A stretch of DNA of 63,488 nucleotides, the filler included, from Perkinsus chesapeaki ATCC PRA-425 (taxonomy: Eukaryota > Protista > Perkinsozoa): the NCBI GenBank assembly GCA_013115145.1. It is 13 parts of 13 records of this genome, joined end to end, with 100 filler letters (N's around TTAATTAATTAA, not from the genome) between each part and the next. Parts side by side here need not be neighbours in the genome. Positions count along the whole stretch, not along the records: positions 1 to 19,422 come from JAAPAO010000640.1; 12 more parts are not named here. One strand, written 5' to 3'. Shown piece after piece: positions 1 to 10,901 of the stretch. A program made the translations under genes and the position numbers. The first letter of the stretch is position 1, and the number at the start of each line of letters is the position of its first letter. The notes under the pieces are model-generated. The model made no database searches. It was not told the DNA's origin and was given only the letters and a program-made list of their open reading frames with translations.

Positions 1-1144
1 TTACGTCAAGTTTTATTTATTTCAATATGACCAATCTTTTGAGTTCCAGCGCAAACGGTACGGATCACAACAAGGGCTTCTAAATGAGCATCATCGACCG
101 ATGCAAGAGGATGAATACACAGACAGTGCAGCAACTGCGCCATTCCTAGATTAACTGCTTTATCAAACCAGATGTTTAAAAGGAGCATTTTGCAATCGTG
201 TCATTTGAATTTACAATGAATTTAATTAAGAATTTCGTGAAATCTTGCGGGTGAAATTTCGCCTGAAATTTCGCGAAATTTGAAATTTCATGAAATTCCG
301 AATTTTCGGGCCCGCGCTGACGCGAGCACCGTATAAAAGAAAAGTGAGGAAGCAGGGAGGCAAGTAATTCAGCAAACAATTATCTTCCACTACGTAGACC
401 CTATTTCGTGAATTTTGGAACTTCCAAATTGCATGGTTGCGGCTGTGACTCGGGATGACTGACTCTCAATAGTGCACTGACTCCAGTCACTAAACTTCAG
501 CGATACTACCATTGAGTATCACAATACAGTACTATCTCAACTCGGCGGGAGAATTCGAGACTCGAATTCATCGAGAATGCATGGAGTTGCACGGTGCAGT
601 GCAAAGCACGCTGCACATTGCACTGAGCCGTTTTGACGCTTCCCTGCCCTTTTTCTCGAAAACTTTTCAACGAAAAGCACGTTTATGCGAAACACTCCAC
701 TGGGGAATGCGTGCAGAGATTGCTCGGAAGATCACTGCTCAGCGCAGCCGGACAGCCAAGATGAAACAAAGTCAGAAATAAGTTGTTCCAAACAACTCTG
801 GTTACCCGAGTACAACAGAGCAGCACCAACGCCACAATGCTGGCGGTATAGGAAGTCGAAATTGACGAAATCTTTGGACGCCACGAGACACGCGCTGAAT
901 ATATCGATTATATTGCCGAGTAGGTTTCGGTCTAGGTTTGATGTACAGAGGGTCGTGGGTTGGATTCTTGGCGGTGATAGTTTTTCCGACGGGCGTAGTG
1001 GAAACTGTTTTAAAATGTCATTTCTTTAGCAGAAAAATCGAAATTTCAACTTTTCACGAAATTTCAGCGGGTCGCTGAAATTTCATGAAATTTCAATTTT
1101 GAATTTCGTGAAACGTGAAATTTAATCGTGTGCACCGAACCCTG
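1..1144. mobile_element. Right end of a hAT-like DNA transposon (TIR plus subterminal GAAATTTC repeats)
   Basis: Ends ...GTGTGCACCGAACCCTG at 1144, i.e. CAGGG... on the minus strand, matching the hAT-type terminus. Dense GAAATTTC/GAATTTC motif clusters lie at ~216-310 and ~1035-1130. The partner TIR is not in the window. Confidence 0.45.
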
Positions 1145-1158
1145 CCAGGAGGCACTAA

Positions 1159-1250
1159 TACAGGGTGCATAAAAAATAAGGGCCCACCCCTCGTAACTTT
1201 CCATGTCCAACAAGTTTAATCATGTAATGCATACCAATCGAAAGGGCTCA
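1159..1250 (+). mobile_element. Tc1/mariner-like transposon terminus (solo end)
   Basis: TA followed by CAGGGTG CATAAAAAATAAGGGCCCACCCC...ATACCAATCGAAAGGG. TA|CAGGGTG is a typical Tc1/mariner end. No matching opposite TIR was seen. Confidence 0.35.
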
Positions 1251-1883
1251 ATGAGGTCTATAGATCGGTATCCTTGGCGATTTCATTCACCAGCGCCTGA
1301 ATAACGATGGTACGACAATTTGTCATTGTACCATGCACCTTTCTTTACATGTGACATTCTACCCATTACTCACTCTCTTTACTGCCCTATATCGTGACTA
1401 ACTATGAGCCCAATCTATTATAGATTGGGCGCAACATGGCCATAACACAACGATTTTAGTAATTGTTGTGTTACGCTATGCTGCCGCTAACGTGATAGTT
1501 GTCGCCGAGTGCGGATTCACTAGGCAACACAAAGCTTGTGTTGGTGGTGTAGGTCTAGTACTCAGCAGCGTGAACGGTCCTAGACGTAAGGGCCGAACGG
1601 AGAATCAAATAGAAAGGGTAAAGCACTCGTCACCGAGGCTGCGTTGCGAACCTTCCAATTCGAGTTGTGTTCCTAAGCTTAGCTAATGGAGACGGAGCGA
1701 TGCGGTGCGACAATAAATAAGGCGAGCGACGGCAGCTTCGCTCACATAGTATAACTGTCCGTAATGTTTACGTAACGCAGTGTAGCTGTCGAGACTCTCA
1801 GCCTGAGACTCTCAGGCTGAGAGCCGTAGTGTCCCGAGTGGGGACTGATGATCACCCCAGGCGTTCTTTGGTTCGATAAAAGG

Positions 1884-2932
1884 TTACGAGGCTTCGGAAT
1901 TTCAATCAGTCTTGAAGATTAACGTTGTTATGGCCATGATAGTGTGGGTTGATATAATGCTTGATCGGAATGTTCAGGTAAAATAAAAGATTGTAAAACC
2001 TTTGGTGATGCTATTAAAGCATGCTTCTCTGAACATGATCATGAAATGATAACTAATGAAGGAATCAAAGATGGCAGTAAGACTCTTATTCCCGGTTGAT
2101 GGCTGCTGCTGCAGGTTGGCAGATCCTCAACTTGCTAAAATTACTACAAGTTACCGATAACATGTTATTAGTTATCTTCATCTGACATTGCCTCTGTGAT
2201 ACTGTTAGGCACTGCCACAGTTGTTCTGTTTGATAACGGGAATCTCTACACTGCAAACTGCGGTGATTCTAGAGCCATTCTAGTGAGGAAAAACGGAACA
2301 TGTTGTGCTTTGACCCAGGTTAGTCGGCAGTATGAGAAAACTATCTGAAGAGTATCTTTAGGACCACAAGCTCGATCTAGAATCAGAGAGGGAAGTTGTT
2401 TTACGTATTGCCAGAGAACGCGGTCAGAATCCGGAACCTGTAGGAGCAGCTTTGAACTGCAAAGAATTATCTTGGCAGGAAATTGTGAATCGTCGGGGGA
2501 CTTGGCGAACGCTTGCCGGTGACAGACGACGTGGGCTGGCTGTGAGTCGGTCATTCGGTGATCGAGAGTTTAAAAACAGCAATCATGGCCTTACCTGTTA
2601 CCCTTACTGTAAGTGTATCATTCTGCATTCCAATGCATCAAGTCAAAGGTACAATGTCAAGCCTAACTGAGGAACATGTGGCATGTGTTCTGGCCAGTGA
2701 TGGACTGTGGGATGTTGTTACAGAAGAGTAAGATTCTTCCAGTGCATTTTTTGACGCATATTCCTTCAGGGAAGTTGGCGAAGCGATCGTAATGGCGCTG
2801 GAGAAGTATCCGATATTGTCTCCTCGCTACTTAGCTGAAGAGCTTTGCCGAATGGCTTTACTGAGGCATTCTCAGGATAACATCACAGTTGTTGTTATAC
2901 TTATTAACCACAACAACAGCAGCAGCTTTTGA
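1884..2932 (+). CDS. Protein phosphatase 2C (PPM family), multi-exon; 5' end unresolved
   Basis: Spliced by eye: ...GIKDGS|TATVVLFDNGNLYTANCGDSRAILV...TQ|DHKLDLESERE...GLAVSRSFGDREFK...|VLASDGLWDVVTEE|...SQDNITVVVILIN...SSF*. Introns are GT-AG and the stop TGA is at 2930-2932. The DGHG motif exon was not located. Confidence 0.88.
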
Positions 2933-3540
2933 GTGGTTGTTGAAATGAAGCCTCGCGAACGCGACAGTCTACGATTCCTATGGTGTCGTTAGTCTGGTAC
3001 ATTGTATACTACTTTTATCACGTATCATAGAAGCCGGAATCTCGGCAATCATTAATTTGTATGCATGACTGTCTCTAGTAAAAACAGCAGCCAAAGAGAA
3101 ATGCTTCTCTAATGGTGCATCTTTGAGTTGTCAACTTAGTGGGATTGGAGACGGCGTAGCTGATATGTTGGAAATCGTTGAGAATGGTAGAAGCTTGACA
3201 TTTCCGAAGTTGCTCTGGGCTACTAGAGTAGCGTCGGCTAGGCTAAAGACGCATATTGCGAGTCTTAGTAACTTATGACGAGTCGTCATTGACGACTCAA
3301 CAAGCTCTAGTCAATGGTATAGAACTAATGTAGATGAGACCTTCCTGTGCCACTTTGAGTACCCCACGGTTATCGTTAAAAGTAGCCGGTTGAGCAGTAC
3401 GTCTCAACTAGCTCTCCTTAGTTGCTTCTACGGTGTCGGGGGACAAAGTTGGAGATTAATATAATGTGTCGAGCCTAAGCTTTGTCTGCAGAGAAATGAC
3501 AATAGTATTATAACTCTCGCAGTTCAGATATACTTTTCCA

Positions 3541-4852
3541 ATGCGCCATATTATTATTGCTCCATATACATTTACTTGTACGTTAGTTAGAGCAGCGGAC
3601 GAGATAGAACTAAAAATGGAAAAGAGACGAGTTAAACTTGAATTCGATGGCCAGCCAATAACCCTTAATGTAGACTCGGGTAGTCCGTACACAACCGTGG
3701 TATCTGGTGATTGGTATGAACAGCTGTACGGTAAAGGGTCGTGTAAGTATGTCGTCTCTGGTTGCTATTTCTGCCCTGCAAGTGATCCTTGTAACTTAGA
3801 GAGTCTATCAAACGGAAAGGTCGATGGAATCAGTTACGGTGATGGGACTCGTGTTGTGAAGGTTTCAATGCGAAGTGTAACCCTCAAGATCAATAATAAG
3901 ATAGTGCGCGACTTCATACTTGGACTCATCATCAACAGCACTGTTGTACGAAAGAATAGGCAGCCCTTTGGTTTACTTGGTCTAAGTGTCTACTCGAGCG
4001 CCGTTGGAACCGCACTCGAAATGCAACCGACCTTCTCGGCGCAACTTTTGCAAGCGGGCTTGGTTGCTCGGACGACCTTCTCAATCCGGGTTGAGAGGTT
4101 TCATCAGGGCCTCACCGGAAAGCTGGTCTTTGGTTCCGAGAGCCCCCGGAATGGAGTTGAGCTACCTTTATGGACGGGCCCTCACGGCGGTTGGCTTGCC
4201 TTGGACGTCGCGTCAGCTGAGATCGAGACGAAAACGTCAGGTGACATGCGTAAAGTCGACTTAGTGAGGAAGGGAGAGAACTTCGCCGCCGTACTTGATA
4301 CTGGTTCTACGGCAGTGATATTTAACAAGGCATTGTTCCAGCTCACTTTGAAGGCTATTGAGAGTGAATATGGTTTGACTAACGTAGATTTCACAGGTCG
4401 ATTATCGATTATTGGGGCCGGTTATCTGTCACCGAAACAGAGTCGGCGGGTCAGTGTGTTGAGAGCTTCTGATGGCACTGTTTGGACTTCCTGTGATAAC
4501 GTTACAGGCGAATCACGAGTCACAATTAGTTGTTCGTCTACACCTCAATAATTCCATTACGGCATGTCTAAGAGATTGGTGCGCTTCCTCATTGGAAGAG
4601 CGTCTACCAGTTCATCACACTGATGACTATATCCTACTTGGGGAGTACTTCTTCCTCGAGTACGATACACACTTTGATCTTGATAAGAGACTGGTCAGTT
4701 TTTCCGTTCCCAAGCATGCGGTGAAAGCGGAATTTCAGTCTTTAGATGACCACAACGCTCACCATTTCCCCGCTTGTCAACGAGTTATCGAACGAGATAG
4801 TGCTATGGCCTGGTTAGTAAGAAAATGCTTTGGAGCGAATAAAGAGGCTTGA
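3541..4852 (+). pseudogene. Pepsin-like (A1) aspartyl protease, copy 1, frameshifted
   Basis: Contains NVDSGSPYT and VLDTGSTA catalytic motifs. About 23 nt are deleted between 4486 and 4487 relative to copy 2 (W|IRKELVAR|LP), splitting the gene into ORFs 3541-4551 and 4472-4852. Confidence 0.88.
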
Positions 4853-5326
4853 AATTCTCCATGATGTCTTTATCTTGCTTGTTGTATTCTGAACACAGTG
4901 TTCATGTTTAACATCCCTGCCGACGTCTACTCTGTTCTTGAGTTCAGCCATATCTGGGAGGCTGCATAAAAGCGCAAATGAAAGTTTTCATATGGCAGTT
5001 ACTGAGTATGAGCCTATATAGGCGTCATAGTTTGCCTATAGAGTATCGGGCTATATATATAGAATCTTCCTCGGACCCTTCGAACCGCTTACAGTGTTAA
5101 TGTGGTTCTCGTGAAAGTGGGCTCGTAACGAATCACCGTAGGAGATCACTTTCCAACCAGGTTATCTCAGCTCCGCACGCGAGGTAAAGGGTGGAAGCGG
5201 GAAGCTTGTATTCAGACTATCTCGCGAATAGATCGGGAAATTTAGTTCTTCGAGCTACGTCAGATTCCTACGGTGGCCTTCGTGTGGCTTGAACTCCTTA
5301 ACTCCGTCTTCATTTCTCCATTTCTA

Positions 5327-6655
5327 ATGCGACGTACTGTCATCATTCCGTATACTTTCACACGTGTGTTAGTTAAAGCAGCAGGCGAGGTACAGTTGAA
5401 GATGACGAAGACACGGGTTAAACTTGAATTCGATGGGCACCCGATAACCCTTAATGTAGACTCTGCTAGTCCGTACACAACCGTCGTATCTGGTGATTGG
5501 TATGAGCACCTGTACGGTAAAGGGTCATGCAAGTATGTTGTTTCTGGTTGCTATTTCTGCCCTGCAAGTGATCCTTGTAACTTAGAGACTTTATCGAAAG
5601 GCAAGCTCGAGAAAATTGGTTTCGTTGACGGACATGTTGTAGGGATTTCAATCCGGGAAGTCACTCTCAAGATTGGGAGGGCACTGGTGCATGACTTCAA
5701 AGTTGGCCTCATCATCAACAGCACGAGAGTGCAAAATAATAAACAGCCTTTTGGGCTACTCGGGCTTAGCGCCAACTCCAAGCTTGACATAAAACCAACT
5801 CTTGTACATCAGCTAGTGTATGCTGGCGTGGTTACGCGGAAGGCTTTCGCATTTCGTGTAGTGAAGTATTATCAAGGCATCACTGGTGCACTGGTTGTCG
5901 GTGGAGGTAGCCCTCCGAATGAAGCTGAGAGCAAAACTATTACACTACCTTTATGGGTCGAGCCAGAGGGTACACTTGCCGTAAATGTCACTTCAGCTGA
6001 GTTTGTGACGCAGACAGCGAAGGAATCCATAAAAATCGAATTCGGGACCGAGAGGAAGTATCCTGTAGCCGTCCTTGACACTGGTTCCGGAGTAACAGTA
6101 CTTAACAAAGAATTGTTTGTACTTATGGTGAGGGCTACTGAGAGCGAGTTTGGCGTGGATAACGTGGACTTTACAACTCGGCCATCAAAAAAAGACTTTA
6201 AGAAATACTTTGCATCACTCAGCTGGACTCAGATCAAGGTGTTAAGAGATGCTGCCGGCATCATTTGGATCCGCAAGGAGCTCGTCGCTCGACTTCCTAT
6301 GATGAGGTTACAACTGAACCACGAATCACACATATATGTTATTCGGTTACATCTCCGTAATCACGTAGGAGTTTGTGTGGAGGTTTGGTGCTCTCTCATG
6401 GTCGTCGACGGTCCCTCGGTAGGGATTCTACCTCATCAGCTTATCCTACTCGGGAAGCATTTCTTCCTAGAGTATGATACACACTTTGATCTTGATAGAA
6501 GACTGGTCAGTTTTTCCGTCCCACAACGACCCGTGAAGGTCAAATATCAGTCTTTGCTCGACTTCGAATCACACAATCACCCTGCCTGTCGAGAAATCGT
6601 GGAACGAGAGACTGGTATATCGTGGCTAGTGAGAAAATGTTTTGGAGCGAGCTGA
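5327..6655 (+). CDS. Pepsin-like aspartyl protease, copy 2 (first motif DSA), intronless
   Basis: Uninterrupted ORF. The likely start MRRTVIIPY at 5327 aligns with the copy 1 start. Motifs are NVDSASPYT, VLDTGSGV and ILLGKHFFLEYDTHFD. Confidence 0.88.
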   Translation: MRRTVIIPYTFTRVLVKAAGEVQLKMTKTRVKLEFDGHPITLNVDSASPYTTVVSGDWYEHLYGKGSCKYVVSGCYFCPASDPCNLETLSKGKLEKIGFVDGHVVGISIREVTLKIGRALVHDFKVGLIINSTRVQNNKQPFGLLGLSANSKLDIKPTLVHQLVYAGVVTRKAFAFRVVKYYQGITGALVVGGGSPPNEAESKTITLPLWVEPEGTLAVNVTSAEFVTQTAKESIKIEFGTERKYPVAVLDTGSGVTVLNKELFVLMVRATESEFGVDNVDFTTRPSKKDFKKYFASLSWTQIKVLRDAAGIIWIRKELVARLPMMRLQLNHESHIYVIRLHLRNHVGVCVEVWCSLMVVDGPSVGILPHQLILLGKHFFLEYDTHFDLDRRLVSFSVPQRPVKVKYQSLLDFESHNHPACREIVERETGISWLVRKCFGAS

Positions 6656-7218
6656 CAGGCTGCACAATGCTGATGTTTTGTTTGTTGTTCACATCCGCCG
6701 AAAAAAACAGTAATGACGTTGTCATGTTCATTAGCTCTACTGTTGCGTTCGACTCTTTGAACCTTTCTGGAGTCTATTACCTGCACTACTGGGGCCCCTT
6801 AAGAGGGAATCTAAGTGAGAGCTTAGCTATGCAGAGTACTATTGACTAGGCGTGCTTGTCCATGAAAAAGGCATGTCTATAATGTTATAAACACTTCTAC
6901 TATATTATAGTACTGTATATTATATTGCTATATCATTAAGTTACTGCTCATGATAACTTATTAATAACCTGTCTACTTCAGAGACCAGTCCTGACGGACT
7001 GGTCACACTTTGAACTCGACTGAGTATTAGTCATAATGGAAATAAAATGACTACTCTTATAACGTTCAAACTTTGCACACTTATATACTGTAGCTTGACG
7101 CTAGAGCTTGAAATACACAATATTGTCAACAATAGTGAACAAATAACAAAAATAGTTAACAATCATGATTTAATCTGGCACTCATAAAGGCACTTACGGT
7201 GGTATCACGTACGAAGTA

Positions 7219-7497
7219 GTGGTGAGTAAACAGAGTAACTGTCTATTTTATGCCGACACGAAGTTCACGAAGAGCGGCAAGTCGGTGTCTGGTAATGGTT
7301 GCCCTTTCAATGGAGAAGGCGAGTATTATAAATGCACATATTGTTCTGAAGGATTCGCTGTTCGAGACCTGATGAAGTTTAGTGGATTCAAACCTAGTAG
7401 CTGTATAGGAGTGGATCAGCAAGACAGCTGTGTCACACATTGGTTGTTCGGCGAACATGGTCTCGTTAAACAGCTTTACGGGCGAGGGCTCGGTTAA
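7219..7497 (+). CDS. Hypothetical small Cys-containing protein (5' end unresolved or possibly degraded)
   Basis: 92-aa ORF with protein-like composition (NCLFY...GCPF...YKCTYC...SCIG...SCV). An upstream in-frame TAA lies near 7177. No family was recognised. Confidence 0.35.
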   Translation: MVSKQSNCLFYADTKFTKSGKSVSGNGCPFNGEGEYYKCTYCSEGFAVRDLMKFSGFKPSSCIGVDQQDSCVTHWLFGEHGLVKQLYGRGLG

Positions 7498-8059
7498 GGG
7501 ACATCAACTACGTTCCCAACTGCCGATGGCACTTTGGATTGACACTTTGAGTTATTTCGTCAGTTAACTCATCAGAAGTAGTTATAATCATCTCAGTACA
7601 TTCGTCAACCTATGACGCCCATCGCTGAGTGGCTAAATCATTCTAGTTGACTGCGCTCCTTCGGTTCTAGTCTAGCCTTAGCCGCTATTCTTCTCTCATC
7701 ACGATGTATCCACTTGTGTTCGTTACAGGCAATGCTGGCGAGAAGGCTGCAGGAAGGCAGCCAGTTGTTCACACTTTCCGATGGAGTGAGCTCTCATCAT
7801 CCTATGGGCGATAACGTTCCCCTTAGCTGCTTCGGCGAGGCGAACAAATTCAGAAATGGCCCTTATACGAGATACTACAATCCGTCGGAATGCCCCTTGG
7901 AATGTTGGCACTTTATTATTATATCTTTTCCTTCTTCTTCATAGAAGAGTTGTCAATATCACAGAATACTGCTCGTCCCGGAGGAGCCCTCTGGGAAGGG
8001 TACCAGTTGATGGGAACTTCACTGTTCAACAGTGACTGTTCGCCTGATCTTTGCCAGAC

Positions 8060-8385
8060 ATGCATTATAAGAGAGAATGCTAGGGCTGCAGCGGTTCTAG
8101 CTCTTTAAAGGTTAGTGGCACAACATCGAACTCAGTGGACCAGCCTCTCTGTGCTAATTACACAGAAATCCTACTCAATTTATGTTGACGATTATTATCA
8201 AGGCGTAACCGGACAGATAGATCCTTCCAAGATGAACAAGTCTTGTTCGACAAGAGGAATAACTATGTCTTTGCTCTCTCTGCCTCCGACTGAAAGGATT
8301 CACTACCCAGACGTGGGGCAACATGTATGAGTCACCTTTGATACGGGTTCCATCACGACCGTTCTCGACAATCCATCGTTAGAGC
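8060..8385 (+). pseudogene. Degenerate aspartyl protease relic, copy 3
   Basis: Fragments IIRENARAAAVLAL, YSIYVDDYYQGVTGQ (cf. copy 2 VKYYQGITGAL) and VTFDTGSITTVLD (DTG at 8340-8348), interrupted by stops and frameshifts. Confidence 0.7.
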
Positions 8386-9554
8386 TGCGTCACGCACACA
8401 AAACTCAACATACAAACAAACAAAGCCACATACTCAACAAACAAAACTCAACTGTAGTCCAACGCCGAAAATTGGCTTAGTTAAACTATCCATTCTATGT
8501 GCAGCTTCAGAGCGAGAGTTCAATACCTATACTGTTAATGTCACTGTAGGGTTTACCAAAAACGAATGTAGCTAGTCTCAAGAGATCCTACTCCTCCTAG
8601 CAGAATTCAATTACGCAACCAAGGGCCTAGCTGTGGGGAGGGAGGTACTGAAACTGAGTTCGTGAAAAAGAATATAAACGTCTGTATGACAAGACGTAGA
8701 GTGGCACTCTGAGATAGCCATCTGCGAATCGAGGGCAGCCGAGTATTGGGCGCATACTGAGATACCGTCAGCCAGGAGGAACTTCAGCTGTGGCAACACT
8801 ATTCTTGGGAACTACTTATCCTTCATTGGGTATGATCTTTACTCTGATCTTTCTAACAGGCCAAACTATTAGTACCTGTGCGAGTGGAATATCAATCGCT
8901 GGCCGCACAGATATCTGCTTTGTCGACGTATAGTTTGAAGGGGAGAAGGATCGTTTGGTTGACCTAAGAAAGTCACGGAATGGTCGGTGGCTGAAATCTC
9001 CTAGAGTCCCAAGCCGCATCGTTTTTTTATGTCCGCGTCAAAAAGAGCTTTGCATGACCATGTTGATCTACCCGATGGTTGAGTTTGCCAGGCAAACCTT
9101 GCCTATACAGGTAGCTTACCATACAAGATTTATAGACTACTCTAGGTGTTTTACGGGAAAGATTCATACCCCCAAATATCGTTCTTTATTCGAGTAGGGC
9201 ATGTGCGTATTGTACTCATCACGTCAGCATTACAGTGTTTCGCTTGTGTGCTGTGTCTCGCCGAGCATGTCGCTTCAGAGAAAAACTAATTCGTTCAACG
9301 GTTGAACTTCAACCCAATTTTGAGCTGTGGCACAAATAGATACCTCGCTTGTGGCTTTGTGGAGGTTTAGCCTTTAATTGATATTAACGTGATATATTTT
9401 CCCGCGCTTCGCGTTATATGCGTCGTAAACGTTGGGATGGATCTGGTGGTTGTAGATGGATGAGCAGAACCTCATTCAACGAGAATACCATTGAGGCGAA
9501 CAACCACGCGCAAAAGTTTGTTCTTGTTCTTAGTAGTATCATCATTCTATTGCC

Positions 9555-10901
9555 ATGTCACGACTTATCCTTCCGTTATCAATAATTCACCTCTCTATAA
9601 TAATATGCGGACAAGTGACATTGCCAATGACTAACACTCGAGTTGAACTTGAACTCGATGGACAACCGATTACCCTCCTTGCCGACTCTGGTAGCCATGC
9701 GACCACGGTTATTTCTGGTGATTGGTATGAGCACCTGTACGGTAAAGGGTCATGTAAGTATGTCGTCTCTGGTTGCTATTTCTGCCCTGCAAGTGATCCT
9801 TGTAACTTGGAGAGTCTATCAAACGCGGAGGTCAACGAAATTGGTTACGGTGATGGGAAAATCGTTCATTTTTCAACTCGGACCGTCTCCCTTAAAGTCG
9901 GGAAGACAGTTCTGAATGACTTTACCGTCGGCCTGATTATCAACAGCACTGCTGTGCGAAGGAATGAGCAGCCCTTCGCCATACTTGGGCTTGATATGAA
10001 GCTGGAAGTCTTGGCAAACTCGGCTGACAGGAAGCTTAGCACGCAACTGACTTTTCTGGACCAACTAGTCTATGCCGGTGTAATTGCTCGGAACACTTTC
10101 GCGATTTACGCTAGTGACCATAATCAAGGCATCAACGGGCAGCTGGTTATTGGCGGTCAAGCCCGTGAAAATCAAGCTAAAGGTGAAGTGATGGCGTTAC
10201 CTTTCTGGACGGACCGTGTCTCCAGTCAGCTGGCATTTGACGTACGGGCGGCTGAAGCGGTTGCAACGACAACGAACGAAATCCAAAGGATAGATTTCGC
10301 AAATGAAGGCAAGCGTCTGCGAGCCTTCCTCGATACCGGTGCCACCGCGACAGTGTTGGATGAGGCTATATTCAAGCTCATGTGGAAGGCCATTGAGACT
10401 GAATTTGGTTCGAAGAACGTGGATGCTTCGATGAGTAGCTCAGATCCCACGGAATTCACTGACCGAAAAGAGCTAAGCGTATGTATATGTTACGATGGAT
10501 CCCTGTGGATCCGAAAAAAGCTAATCAATCGTCTTCCTGTGATCAAGTTAGAAGTGAATTCAGAACCACATATCTCCATCGTTCATCTGTCTCTTCGTAA
10601 TCACATCCAGGCTTGTCAAAGTGGCTGGTGTATTATTTCGGTGCAGCACTATCTACCGGTAGACCACACAGGTGACTTCATCATTCTTGGGGAACACTTC
10701 TTTCTACAGTACGATACACACATCGATCTTTCCAAGAAAGTGGTCAGCCTTTCCTTACCAAAGCGGCCCGTTAAAGTCAGATATCAGTCTGTAGCTGAAT
10801 ACAACGAGCACCATTATCCGGTCTGCCGCAATGTCGGGAAACGGCAGGCTGGGATGTCGTGGTTAGTGAGGAGCTGCTTCGGATTGAATGGCGAAAGTTG
10901 A
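9555..10901 (+). CDS. Pepsin-like aspartyl protease, copy 4, intact, with signal peptide, intronless
   Basis: 448 aa. Hydrophobic N-terminus MSRLILPLSIIHLSIIICG, both catalytic motifs (LADSGSHAT, FLDTGATAT) and IILGEHFFLQYDTHID. Confidence 0.93.
   Translation: MSRLILPLSIIHLSIIICGQVTLPMTNTRVELELDGQPITLLADSGSHATTVISGDWYEHLYGKGSCKYVVSGCYFCPASDPCNLESLSNAEVNEIGYGDGKIVHFSTRTVSLKVGKTVLNDFTVGLIINSTAVRRNEQPFAILGLDMKLEVLANSADRKLSTQLTFLDQLVYAGVIARNTFAIYASDHNQGINGQLVIGGQARENQAKGEVMALPFWTDRVSSQLAFDVRAAEAVATTTNEIQRIDFANEGKRLRAFLDTGATATVLDEAIFKLMWKAIETEFGSKNVDASMSSSDPTEFTDRKELSVCICYDGSLWIRKKLINRLPVIKLEVNSEPHISIVHLSLRNHIQACQSGWCIISVQHYLPVDHTGDFIILGEHFFLQYDTHIDLSKKVVSLSLPKRPVKVRYQSVAEYNEHHYPVCRNVGKRQAGMSWLVRSCFGLNGES

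Noticed and set aside
3456-10459. Antisense and alternate-frame ORFs over the protease, gag/pol and ENT genes
   Set aside because: They are shadow ORFs of real coding sequence with no independent motifs.
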